Positions 13,201-26,129 of a stretch of DNA of 64,000 nt are shown in pieces. The position numbers and the translations under genes were made by a program. Source of the DNA: Octopus vulgaris (Eukaryota); assembly GCA_951406725.2 (NCBI GenBank), contig OX597829.1, positions 54,374,001 through 54,438,000 on the forward strand. The letters run 5' to 3'. The first letter of the stretch is position 1. Each line of letters starts with the position of its first letter. A model generated the notes under the pieces. The model worked only from the letters and a program-made list of their open reading frames with translations, made no database searches and had not been told where the DNA came from.

Positions 13201-14335
13201 TCCACCTCCTACTTCCTCAAGCTGACCATCACCTTCTATATGAGTCTCTGAGAGTGCAGCTATATCAATTTTATAACGGTTCAGTTCACGAGCAACAAGT
13301 GCAGTGTGTCTTTTAGGCCTGCAATCACTCTTGTTGTCCAACAGAGTGTGCACATTCCAACATAAAATGTTTAAGTTCCGTCCAGATTTTATAGATAAAA
13401 GACTCTTTGTTTTTTGAGTGCAGGTTGGACACCCGTCAGTTGCGCTAAACTGACCAGATATGGAAAGACAGGCAATTTTTGGTTCACCTTTTCTTGAACC
13501 TCCCTGGTCTCTGGATGAGCAGTGCCCTCTCCAAATGGAGCTGCTCAGACACCCATGCAGCAACCGAATCCTACTGTTGTCTTGGGCGACAAGGAGACGA
13601 CTTTATATATATAGCATGGGCTGCCTACATGCAGGTCGCTGACTACATGCTTCCAACCCGTTAGATCTGCATGCTTCACCACCTTCCCATCGCTGCAGGA
13701 CTTCCGAATAAAAAAAATAAATATATATACTAAAAATGAAGAAAATATATACTAAAAATAAGATAAATATATACCAAAAAAAAATGCACATATCGAGCAG
13801 AGGTCTGCAATGCCTGTGCAGAGTTTTAGGTCCAATAAGGCTTGCACAACACCTCATAGACCCTCTCCACTTTATTGATAATATCCAGAGACAAGCCAGA
13901 GCAAAATGTCTGGTGCCAATATGAGTCACAGGCTCAGGAATGTGGGAGCGCCGTGATCTCTAGCACAAACCAAAGATCCCCAAAGTGTCCAATGCCATTC
14001 CCTGCATATCTGGTTTTATATCAGAGTGACCTTCTCCTAGAGACATTCTTTAACAAAAGCTGAGGGGCACCTCACTCCCAGTGGTCTTTCAACACGCTGG
14101 ACACCACCCCGGAATTTCTGCGTATCCGTGCTAACATTTATTGGATGGCCGTTGACTCTCAAGAGGTCCTCCGCCCTTAGACAGGTTTTGTTTTTTCATC
14201 CCGCAGGGTGTCCAATAAACACCCTCCTCACCAAGCAAGCTTGGTGGGGTTGCCGGTTTAGTCGCCGACGACCCCACCATGCAACAGGTTGTACTGGGTT
14301 ACATGCTACCAGTAGCACTCGAAAGTGACCTGACA
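10215..14335 (-). mobile_element. Near full-length RTE-clade LINE (APE endonuclease, RT, C-terminal C2H2 finger), frameshifted
   Basis: ORF pieces 11887-13563 (WNVHTLLD..IAALSET..GDFNARVG..TDH), 11425-11757 (YRGIALLS, FIDLTKAFD), 10942-11406 (GVKQG, LYADD), 10263-10862 (CNVC..HQRSC). Roughly 0.8-0.9 kb 5' UTR ending at a (TA) tract. Confidence 0.93.
14278..14335 (-). ncRNA. xrRNA-like three-way-junction pseudoknot at the LINE 5' terminus
   Basis: UGU-CAGGU-CACU(UUCG)AGUG-C-UACUGG-UAGCAUGUAAC-CCAGUA-CA-ACCUG-UUGCAUG. P1, P2 and P3 are perfectly paired; loop CAUGUAA pairs with 3' UUGCAUG. Confidence 0.7.
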
Positions 14336-14351
14336 TATATATATGTATATA

Positions 14352-14745
14352 AATTAGAAAGAACCACCTTTTATCAATTCAAAATGAACAATTAAATTAC
14401 ACCAATAGAAAATTACATATAATAGAAATATTAAAATTAAAATAACAATAATATACCAATGATTAAGTAAATTGCAAAAAAATAATAAAAACGTATATAA
14501 TTGGTATATACAAATTATATACGGTTTTATTCTTTTGTCTGTCCTAGTTTGTCCTCTCTATGTTTAGCCCCTTGAGGGTAATAAAGAAATATATAAATGT
14601 ATGGTTTTATTATTTTTTTTGCAATTTACTTAATCATTGGTATATTATTGTTATTTTAATTTTAATATTTCTATTATATGTAATTTTCTAGATGGCGTAA
14701 TTTAATTGTTCATTTTGAATTGATAAAAGGTGGTTCTTTCTAATT
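14352..14745. repeat. AT-rich inverted repeat, ~140-bp arms
   Basis: AATTAGAAAGAACCACCTTTTATCAATTC.. is mirrored at 14745; spacer includes a SINE 3' tail fragment; same start motif at ~61380. Confidence 0.85.
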
Positions 14746-15169
14746 ATATATATATATATATATATACCGGGTTCAGTCCCACTGCATGGCATCTTGGGCA
14801 AGTGTCTTCTGCTATAGCCCCGGGCCGACCAATGCCTTGTGAGTGGATTTGGTAGATGGAAACTGAAAGAAGCCTGTCGTATATATGTATATATATATAT
14901 ATAAGTGTGTGTGTCTGTGTTTGTCCCCCTAGCATTGCTTGACAACCGATGCTGGTTGTCCCCGTCACTTAGCGGTTCGGCAAAAGAGACCGATAGAATA
15001 AGTACTGGGCTTACAAAGAATAAGTCCTGGGGTCGACTTGCTCGACTAAAGGCGGTGCTCCAGCATGGCCGCAGTCAAATGACTGAAACAAGTAAAAGAG
15101 TAAAAGAGAATATACATATATATATATATATATTATATTGTTATCATATATATATACATATATATATAC

Positions 15170-15620
15170 ACATACACACACACACACATTCTCCCCACTC
15201 TCTCTCTTTCTCCCTCTCTTCCCCTCTCTCAACCTGTTACTCACAAAGCAATTGACCAATGATTTCAAGGTATTTTACCTGATAAACGAGCTTAAACAGA
15301 GCTACTCAAATTACTCGAAGAAACATAAACAAGAGCAAAGAAAGAGACAGCAATGGCAGAGAATACAATCCAGGGAACTCAGCTTCACTGGGGCGACATT
15401 GTCGTTATCGTCGTTTATTTTGCCATCGTCATCGTAGCTGGGATTCTTGTAAGTATATCTGTTTTTACTTCCTTTTTTCTACGATCGAATTCGATTACGC
15501 GTCTACACCTTTAACAAGCATTTGCCACTTTTAACTAGCATTAGGTTTCAAATTTCCAGCTGACGAAATCTTAAGCCAATCCCAAGCAATGACAATTTAA
15601 CGTACGAAACATTATAGAGA
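15170..15620 (+). promoter_or_regulatory. Probable promoter / first-exon region of the SLC5A gene
   Basis: Unique sequence around exon 1 with (CA)n/(CT)n tracts, a TGATAA GATA-type motif at ~15280, and visibly more CpGs (15380-15620) than most intron sequence. TSS not determinable. Confidence 0.4.
15353..15448 (+). CDS. SLC5A (SGLT-like Na+/sugar cotransporter) coding exon 1
   Basis: MAENTIQGTQLHWGDIVVIVVYFAIVIVAGIL, matching the SGLT N-terminal helix (DIxVIVxYF). ATG in GCAATGG context, in-frame TAA upstream at 15326, donor gtaagt at 15449, phase 0. Confidence 0.88.
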
Positions 15621-15781
15621 TGTTTTAGAATTATCCTACACATTTGCATAAACTCACCTAAAAAATCCGTTAAAGTATATTCATTTAGATTATGTTATGC
15701 AAGGTGTGCCTAACGTGTACACACACACACACACATACACACACACGTACATGCATCTATACATACACCCGTGTGTATATA

Positions 15782-16515
15782 CTGGGTCGTCCTAAAGTGA
15801 TACGGTTTTATTTATACTTTTTTTATTCCTCAAAATTAAGATAAATAAACTTCCTTTTTAATCTAAAATATACTCTCCTTTATTTTCTACAATTTTCTTC
15901 CCTCTATCTGGTAGACTTGCAAGACCCCTCTTCCAAAATTCACTTGTCCGTGACGAAAAACACTTCTCCAATACTGTTCTGACTTCATCTACAGAATTCA
16001 TATTTTTTCCATCCAAATGATTTTGAAAATTGCGGAAAAACTGATAATCAGATGGGGCAATGTCTGGTGAATATGGTGGGTGGGGCATCGTTTCCCATAC
16101 AAACTGCTCCAGCATTTGGAATGTCATTCTTGCTGTATGTGGCCCAGTATTATCCTGGTGGAAGACCACCTTTTGTTTTGAAACCAAAGATGATCGTTTT
16201 TCTTCTGGTGCTGGTGTCGATGAATGGTTGAATGAACAAATTCAAGTTTCTCTGCTAGTTCCTCAACAGTTACGATAGGATTTTTTCCCACCAGGGTCTG
16301 CAGGGCTTCCTTGTCGAGCTCTGCAGGTCTTCTAGGATGAGACTCGTCTTCTAGGCTGTAGTTTCTGGTTCGGAATTTCTGGAATCACCGTTGACACTGG
16401 CTTACTCTTATTGTCCAATCTCCATATACTGTATCAATATTCGTCGCACTTTCCGTTGCGTTGTTGTCTTTATTGAACTCACACAGTGTTTGTATAAACG
16501 TACGTATGCATTCAT
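15782..16515 (-). mobile_element. Mariner/Tc1 relic
   Basis: HQDNTGPH..HPPYSPDIAPSDY motif in ORF 15858-16187; TA-flanked end at 15780. Confidence 0.88.
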
Positions 16516-17411
16516 GCATGCATACAAGTATGTATGTATGTATGTATGGAGGGAGGGAGAGATGGTTGTTTAGGCATACCAACACGAGTGTACCTCACCA
16601 AATTTCTCTCCTCACGACTTTTTAAAAAATGGGTATTTTTAAACGAAATTTTCTACAAATACCTTTAAGATGGTGTAAATTACTATTATAACACAATTTA
16701 ATATGGGGAAAAAATTAATGGGTGCACATGCTTCTCAATTCCATGGTTCTGGGTTCGGTGCCACTGCATGGCACTCAGGCTGACTAAAATTTTCTTTTAG
16801 ACAGAAACTGAAAGAATCCCATTGTGTGTGCGTATACACACACACATACACACACCCACACCCAAATACCCACATACTATGGACTCTCCCATAGTTAGAC
16901 GATATATGAGGGTTTGACAATTTCTTGCCAAACAACCACACAAATGATTTGTTTATAGTGATCAGATGTTTGTGTAGACATAACCTCACTCCCTGCATCA
17001 ACTCGACATTACCTGTACAGGTGCAAAGGGTGCTACATGTCAGATGATGAAATGATCGCAGAGCAACATGAAATGAAGTGCTTTGCACGTGAACACAACG
17101 CATTGCTTGGTTTGGGAATCAAAACTATGATCTCATAGTCGTGAGTGCAACACCCTAACCACAGAGCCATGTGCTACCACACACACACTTTGTCTTTGAG
17201 TTTATGTTTGTCCTCCACCACTGCTTGACAACTGGTGTTGATGTTTTTATTTCTCTTTAACTTGGTGGTTTGACAAAAGAAACTGATAGAATAAATGCTA
17301 GTTAATTCAAAACAACAGAGAAAAAACAAAGAAAAAGAAAAAACAAATAAACTTGAGGACATGGCACAAGTAATGTATTAATGTGATGCTTGGAGAAAGA
17401 AGGGAGTTGTT

Positions 17412-17446
17412 GTTTTACGTTTCAGGCATAGCTCTTCATCGGAATC
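17412..17446 (-). ncRNA. Degenerate minimal hammerhead, same repeat family as 28840 and 29616
   Basis: UU-CCGAUGA-A-GAGC(UAU)GCCU-GAAA-CG-UA-AA. Flanks are homologous to 28770-28975. Confidence 0.45.
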
Positions 17447-18222
17447 AGGAAAAACAGGGAAGTCCAAAGGGAAAGAAGGAAGAAGGATGGAAAATCACCA
17501 ACTGTCCACATGCAGTCACATTTCTGAAGTTACTGGAAGTAGAAGGAGGAAGAGAAAGTGCTTTCTGGGATGGGAGAGAATGGAGATGGTTGGTGTGTGT
17601 GTAGTAGGACTGTATATATGTATTTGTGTGTGTGTATATATATATATATATGTCTTGCTCTGTCCCTCTGACTGGGTAACCATATATCTCCTACAGTAAG
17701 ATACCTGTTTCTATCCCCCTGTCACGTTCTAGTCTTTCATCACCTGGCACAAGGCCACCTCCTCCAATGCCCCTGCCCTTACAAAGGATCTTTGTCGTGC
17801 ACATTGCTTGTTGACCCCCGCCAGTGTTGGTGTATCCAGTCTACACTATAAAGTCCTTGGGTGTTTGGAAGGGCATCCAGCAGTAAAAACCATACCAAAA
17901 CAGGCCCCACCAGTGCTGGTGCAATGTAAAAAACACTCATTCTACTCTGTAAAGTGGTTGGTGTTATGAAGGGCCGTAAAAACCCTGCCAGAACAGACAG
18001 TGGATCCTAGCTCAGCCTTCTGCCTAACCAGCTCCTGACAAACTGTCCAACCCATGCCAGCATGGAAAATGGGCATTAAATGATAATGACGATGATGGTG
18101 ATGATGATGATGATGACATATATATATATATATGTATATATATATATTATATTAATTTTATTTCTATGTTTTGGTTTATGTTTTTCACTGTTTGATTTGC
18201 CTAATAGTGGTTTTATCTCTAA

Positions 18223-18278
<56 letters not shown>

Positions 18279-21200
18279 ATACGTATCTATACATACAGAC
18301 ATGCATACATAATGGACTGAGATGTGGTAATATGAGGTTCTAGAGAAGACCTTCCTGAGTTCCTGAGGTGTTGTGTCCCACCCACACATGACAATAAGAC
18401 TTTCCCACACCCTACTCCAACAGACCAAACTCCATCCCTCCCTTCCCAAACTGTTTCTCTTCATACAATTATGCTTATCTCCCACTCTCCCTTCCAGTCC
18501 TGCCCTACCCTGCTCACCGTATTGTTGCTTCTCCCATCCCCTCCCTCCATCAGTCCCACTCCTTACTCACAACTTCTTAACAATACCCTGCCAGTACCTT
18601 CCACCTTTCATCTCTCTCTATCTTCCTTACTCTACCATCCCATCTATGCCCTGATCTCTATTCCTTGTAAGTATACTCTGCCATTTGCTGCCATCCCTCT
18701 CCTGTTCATGCTGTCTCCTACTCTCTCTCTCTCTCTCTCTCTCTCCCTTGCTCTCCCCTCTGGTTGAATAATCATGCATCTCTTCTACAGCAACAAACCC
18801 CTTTCTGCCCTTTATTCTAATCACCCTCTTTTCCCCTGTCTCTTGCTCTTACTTCTGGCTAGATAACCACGTATCCCCTTCACAGCAGCAACACACCCCT
18901 TTCTTAACTGTCCCTCCTCTTCAGCAGCACACCAGTTTCTACCTTCATTCTTGTTAACTTTCATCCTCTTTCCCTCCCTTTCTCTCCCTCTCCCTCTTTC
19001 TCCCCCTCTCTCTCTCTGACCAGGTAACCATGTACCTCCTCTACAGCAACACACCTGTTTCTGTCTCTCTGTCACACTCTAACCTTTCCTCATATGACCC
19101 AAGATCACTTCCTCCAGTGCCACCTCCCCTCTCAAAATTCCTTGTCTTGCAGGTTACTTGGTGACCCACTCAGTGAAGCAGTGCAGGTGCCACTTAAAAA
19201 GCACCAGTTCACAAAGTGGTTGGCATTTGGAAGGGCATCCAGCTGCAAAAACCATGTCAAAATTGACCACGCCTGTGCTAGTGCCATGTAAAGAACACTG
19301 AGTCCCCTCTGCAAAGTGGTTGGTGTTAGGAAGGGCATCCAGCTGTAAAAACCCTGCAAAAACAGACACAGTAGCCTGGAGTAGTCTACTACCCGGTGCC
19401 AGCTTCTGTCAAGCTGTCCGACCCATGTCAGCAAGGAAAGAGGATGTGAAACGATGATGAGAATGAGGATGATATTATACATACATACACACACACACAC
19501 ATACACACATATAAAATATATATGTATCTAATGTATACCTCTTTCATCTTTTATCTCGTACTTGTTTCAGTCGTTAGAATGTGACCATCCTGGAGCACTG
19601 CTTTGAAGGATTTCTAGTTGAATGATCCGACCCCTGTACTTATATCTGCTTTAAGCCAGCTACTTATTCTATCAGTTGCTTTGCTGAACCACTAAGTTAG
19701 AGGGATGTAAACACACCAATACCATTTACCAAGCTGTGTGGGGGACAAGCACAGACATGCACACGCAGATACACACAGACACACACATGCACACACACAC
19801 ATACACAGACACATACATGCATACACATACTTACACACACACACATATATATAGTTTACTGTTCTGTTAGGGTCCTCCATCCAGTGAGAGATAAATATCT
19901 TTTAATATACACAGCATAAAGATAAACTCTTAATGGCAGGAAATGTGTCTTAATAGCAAGAAACTACCAATAGCTCTTATTTTAATAGTGTACATTAAAT
20001 GACACACACACATGCACACACACACACATACACACACACACACACACATTCATATATCTGTACACATATAAGTAAGTAGATATTTCTATACATCCATATG
20101 TATATGTATACTCTTTTACTCTTTTACTTGTTTCAGTCATTTGACTGCGGCCATGCTGGAGCACCGCCTTTATATATATATATATATATATATATCATCA
20201 TCATCATCGTTTAACGTCTGCCTTCCATACTGGCATGGGTAGTAGAATGGTTTGACAGGAGCTGGCCAGACAGAAGCCTGCACTAGACTTCTGTAACTGT
20301 TTTGGCAGGATTTTTGCAGCTGAATGCCCTTCCCAACATCAGCCACTCAGCAGAGTGGACCTGGTGCTTTTTTATGTGAGATCAGTTTTGGCAAGGTATT
20401 TTTTTACAGCTGGATGCCCTTCCTAATGCCAACCTTTTTACAGTGTGGACTTGGATGCTTGCACTGATATGGTTTCCAAGTACCTTGCAAAACAAACATC
20501 TTTTTGTAAAGGGAGGTGATCTTGTGTCAGATGAAAGGTTATAGTGAGACAAAGAGACAGAAATAGGTGTGCTGCCACAAAGGAGATACATGGTTACCAA
20601 ACCTGAGGGAAGTGAAGGAGAAGGAGAGAGAAAGTGGGAGACAACAGGATAGAGATGGTTGCAAAGTGCTGGGTGTACTCACAAGGGACAGGGATCAAAA
20701 TATAAATGGGGTGGTTGAGTAAAAGCAGAGAGAGATATAGATGGTGGCAAGTGCCTGGGCATACCCTTGAGGTTCGAAGGTCATAATATAAATGGCAGGA
20801 TATTGTGAAAGAAGCAGGATTAGAGAGTGTGGAGAGTTGGGGAAGTGAGAGGTGAAAACCTGGGTTTATATAGAGTGGTGGTGGTGGTGGTGGTGGTGGG
20901 CTACCGCATGGCAATGATACAGAGAAACAGGGCCCGAGAGGACAGGATTGGGGAGTGAGAGATAGGCATAGTGAATGAAGGAGGAAATGTGAGGAAGAGA
21001 TGAGAAGTGGAAATGTAGATTGGTTTGTTGGGGTAGGGTGAGTGAAAAGTTTTCTTGTTACGTGTGGGTGGAACACACAGGTCAGGGGTTAGTGGAGAGC
21101 AATGATACAGTGGCATAGGGACAAGAGGACAAGATTGGGGAGTGGGAGGTAAGCATAGTGCATGAAGTGGTAATGAGAGGAAGAGAAGAAATGTAGTTTG

Positions 21201-21533
21201 GTTTGTTGGGGTAGAGTGTGTGAGGAGTTTTCTTTTTAAGTGTGGGTGGGGCACCCAGTGATTCTAGAACTCAGTTTTGCTGATGTGGGCGGGTCTTCTC
21301 AAGAACTTCATATCACCAGACATCTCAGTCTATTGCCATTTCCTCCATGATGCCTAACATCCTGAGATTGGTCCTTACCACTTCATCCCACATCTTCCTG
21401 GGTCTACCTCTTCCACAGGTACCATCCACTTTCAGTGATCGACACTTCTTTATGCAGCTGTCTTCATTCATATGTATATATTATAAAACAAATGCTAGAA
21501 GCAGAAAATAAGATGCATGGGAAACTTTATTGC

Positions 21534-21628
21534 TGACAACAATTGTTTCAATGCATCCTGCATTAACCTTCATGGGTTGGAAACAAGTTGTGGTGCATCT
21601 CTTGGTGCAGAAGTGTCTCATCAGGTGA
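21534..21628 (-). ncRNA. Degenerate hammerhead with long stem II
   Basis: UCAC-CUGAUGA-GACAC..GCAUU-GAAA-CAAUUG-UU-GUCA. Stem II is restorable to GACGC/GCGUC by transition changes. Confidence 0.5.
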
Positions 21629-22540
21629 TGTAATAAGAGGTATTTCGTTTTTAGTGACCGTAGACTTAAACCATTGAGCAGAAATGTTTTATATTCAAAG
21701 TACACTTAGGAATCTTTGAGGTAGATCCAGCAAGTATTGTATAATTACCATGGATAATGTCAGGTAGTCATAAGCAGTAAATGTGCTTTATTGGTGTACT
21801 ACTAGGAACATAACTAACACTTAAATACATATATTTTATATATATATATATATATATATGCCTCACTGAGGCAATGACTAGTGACCGGGACCTTTGGAAA
21901 TATGCTGTGCTTGAGAAGACTTGGCAAGCCCAAGTGAGACCATAACCTCGTGGCCTATGCTAGGGGTGTGACCAGCCCACTTATGCGTACCTTTCCTTCA
22001 CTGGACACTAAACTCTGCTTGTGAAGACCTGTTGAGGCAAGTGAAATCGAAATCAAATTCGATGACTGGTGTCTGTGCTAGTGGAGCACTAAGAGTACAA
22101 TACAAGTATGATCATTGCCAGAGCAACAACCTGGCCTCTGTGCCGGTGGCATGTAAAAAGCACCATTCGAGCATGATCGTTGCCTGTGTCGCCTTAATGG
22201 CACTTGTGCTGGTGGCACATGAAAAAACATTCGAGCAAGGTCGTTGCCAGTGTCACTGGACTGGCTCCTGTGCAGGTAGCACATAAAAAGGAACCATTTG
22301 AGTGTGGCCGTTGCCAGTACCGCCTGACTGGCCCTCATGCCGGTGGCACGTAAAAGCACCCACTACACTCTCGGAGTGGTTGGTGTTAGGAAGGGCATCC
22401 AGCTGTGGAAACTCTGCCAGATCAGATTGGAGTCTGGTGCAGCCATCTGGTTTGCCAGACCTCAGTCAAATCATCCAACCCATGCTAGCATGGAAAGTGG
22501 ACGTTAAACAATGATGATGATGATGATGATATATGTATAT

Positions 22541-22622
22541 AAAGAAGCATTCATTATAGAACAAACATCAAATTTGGGTCAACACCACCCCTTTGATGTT
22601 TGTTCTATAACCAATGCTTTTT
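22541..22622. repeat. Short inverted repeat, ~30-bp arms
   Basis: TTATAGAACAAACATCAAA / TTTGATGTTTGTTCTATAA. Confidence 0.8.
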
Positions 22623-25600
22623 ATCTTTCTCTCATTTATATTTGAGCACTTCTTTTGCAGTCCTATAAACCCTTTTGTTTCTATAAAAAGAGACAAATAT
22701 TATTTCTGGTTGCATATATATACGCTCCTTGAAGAAGGAGCTGGCTTTTAACAAAGAAATAAAACTCTATTGCAGGAACATGATATGTTGTATGCTGAAT
22801 TTTAGAAAAGTGCTGCATATTTGCACTATTCTGCTTACAGATTGTGTTTGTAAAGTTATTGCTTACTGATTGCTTTCCTTCCTTGAAAACACTGGGTTTT
22901 GGAGATTGCTAGATAAAAATTGACTTACATAAACAAGTATACTAATAATTACTGGTATAAATGAGAATTTATAATTAATGTGATGTTATGAACTGAGAAA
23001 GCCTATGAAAGAGGTAAGAGAGATATCAACCATGTGTAGGGGTTCCTTCTTTTTTCTTTTCTCCTGGGAACAAGAGTTACCAGTGAATGCCAGTTGTGAG
23101 GGCAATGAGTGAGTGCAAAGATGGTCACCTTGTATAGCAGATTTCCATTTAGATAGTAGATTGGAGTCAATCTATCTCTAGGTTCACATGGTTGGAGAGT
23201 CGTGTAAATACAAAGTGGTGAAGTACAGAGGTAAGAAGACATAGAGATCGACCATTATAGGATTCCGACGGAACTCTGCACTGAACATCATGGCTACAAC
23301 CCTTGGTATGCGTACAAGGGGCAGATGTGTTAGTGTGTGAATTATATGCGTAATGATATGAACTGAAATAGAAGGTGAAGAGATGCGGGAACAGAGGTGA
23401 TGGTAGCCATGTAAGGAAATCCTTCTGTCTTTTGCCAGCAACAGGTGTCACCAATGAATGCCAGCTGAGAAGAGAACAAGGAACAGTCTCCACAAGCAAA
23501 AGACTTCCTCCTCCTTCCTTTTGCATGGTGCCTCTTCTTTCTCCTGTGCCAATGATGAAGTGTTTATCCTTTTTTTTCCCTAATCCCTTTTACAATCATA
23601 TATTATATACATGCTGTAGGTTTCTTAGCAGTTGTCTCTAAATATTTTCCTTCTGACTGATTTTAAAAGAATTGATCTTGTCTACAGAGCAGCTGATCTC
23701 AATCACTACATGTTATTTTTTATTCTGTTCCAAACAAGTATTGTGTGTTATGTCTGCATTTGGTATACATTTGACAGGAATATTCCAGCAATATTTTTTA
23801 GTGATACTATATGACATTCAAATCCTGTATGCTCTGACCTTAAGCCTCTCACTCTTTTCTTTGGAAACAGGGCCTATTAATATAATTATTTTCTGGAGAA
23901 ACTCCTGGATGTTGTCAAAATCTACCAGATGTCAATATCAATGGATCAGATTACCTCTATACATAGTCAAATGTCCTAAATGTTGTTTTGAAAATGGGAG
24001 TATAAATACATTGGTGAATTTTGTTTGTGGATGAAGCCAGTGCCATATAACTGGCTTATGTGCCACCATGCTGGTGGCACATAAGAAGCACCATTGAGGC
24101 AGTGTCAGGTGACTGAGACCTTTGGTGACATACCATGCTTGTGTAGACCTGTCAGGCCAAGTGAGACCGTAGTCATGGCCAATGCTGATGTCAGGGCAAT
24201 GGCACCTGTATCAGTGGCATGTAAAAAGCTTCTACTACACTCTTGGAGTGGTTGGCATTAGGAAGGGCATCCAACCATAGAAACATTGCCAAATGAGATT
24301 GGAACCCAGTGCAGCTCCCTGGCCTACCAGTTTTCAGTCAAACCATCTGACCCATGCCAGCTTGGAAAGTTGGCATTAAATGATGATGATGTAAGAGGAA
24401 AACTCTCAAGAATATTTTTATAAAATCTTATTTATAACACTTTGTAGGCCAGGGAGCTGCACTGGGTATTTTTTAGTCATCCTACATTTGTTCATAGCAC
24501 CTTTATATATATTTTCATTAGTACTTTTTCATTAGTATTTGTGTGAAACAAGCAAGACAGAGATTATGAATGTAAAGATTTGGAGGTTGGGAAACAGTTT
24601 TTTTTTACCAGTGTTCAGCTAACAAATATGGATATTTCTTTTGCTCAAATTCCAACCTTGTACCAACAGAAAATATTGCTGTTAAAGTTAACTATTTCTC
24701 TGTATTCTAAATATTTAATGGATAGATCTTTGGATTGTTCTCAAAAAATGATGGGTTACCAGGGGTGGACCCTAGGGGGTGGGGCTGAAGGGCACGTTCC
24801 CCACTCAAGAAAAGAAGTGTACCCTTCTAAATAATGTTATTATGCCCTTTTCTCCTGGAATTGTATTCCCTTCTGTCCTTGTGCCCTCCCCCTTCAAAAA
24901 ATTCCTAGGATCACGCCTGTTTACACTGATGCTTCTTGCTACTTGGCCTGTAACACATAACCGCCCTAATTTTATAAAATACCTGGTTGTGAATTTAGTA
25001 ACAAAACAAACAGAAACAGACAGACTGTCTCCTGGAAATATTCCCTTTGAAATATTTACAACATCAGAAACAGTAGTTTGGCTTTCAGTTACAAGTGTAA
25101 GAATTGTTGATTAGGTCTTTGTTAGTCTTTCAATGAAAGCAACTAAGATTGCAGATACTTTTGTTGAGAGCATTGACTTTAATAACAATGAATGAAAAGT
25201 AGTATCAAAGACAATTTCTCTGAACAAACTATGTCACCTGGATTCTATGCTGTGTTCTTATTTCAGACACTATAGCTTTATGAAAAGTAGTTTAGTATAT
25301 GCTAACAACTCTTTTGAAATATCCTGTTTAAGGTTTAAGGTAAACACCTCACCCCGTGCATTCAAAAATGATGGCTAATTTGTAGTATTTTATAAATAAA
25401 TAAGGTACAAAACCAAGTTTTTAGTTTAATAATTCTTTTATTACCAAATTTATGATATACCTTTCAACTGCAATTTTGCATTCTTGATACACTCAGGCAA
25501 TAATTATTTTCTCTGAGTTTGTATATGTATATGCTTGTGTGATTGTGATTGTAATAATTATTTGTAATAAAACAGATAGAATATGGATGGTAAATCAAAT

Positions 25601-26075
25601 TAATACATTTGTCAATGTTATCTCCTGGTTGTCTTTTGAGATGTGATATCAATCATCGTTTGTTACTGAAAGAATGCTGGTTCACACATACATTCACACA
25701 CTTCCTTTGTATACACACACAAAGTTGGAACACTATTTGAATTTTCCTTTCAGCATTGAATGTTCACCATCCCACTTCGATTGCACATAGACACACACAC
25801 ACACATAAACATTCACACACCTCCCTTTTACATACACCCACATATACTCACACAGAGTTGAAACGCTGTTTGATTTTTTCAATGTAGAATTTCCATCATC
25901 CCACTACCATCACCCCTTCCTTTCTCACTCATATGTTGTGATGGAGAAAAAGCAGAGGAGTATTATTATAGTAGATGTTTAGGCAAGCAATGATCATACT
26001 GTATTTTCATTTATATGTACGTACACATATATATAAATATATACACACATACATGCATACACACACACAGCATGG

Positions 26076-26129
<54 letters not shown>

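Noticed and set aside
14200-14335. HDV-like, twister or hatchet ribozyme at the RTE 5' end
   Set aside because: I could not build the HDV P3/L3/P1.1 core, the twister P4 motif or the hatchet core; the xrRNA fold explains every base pair.
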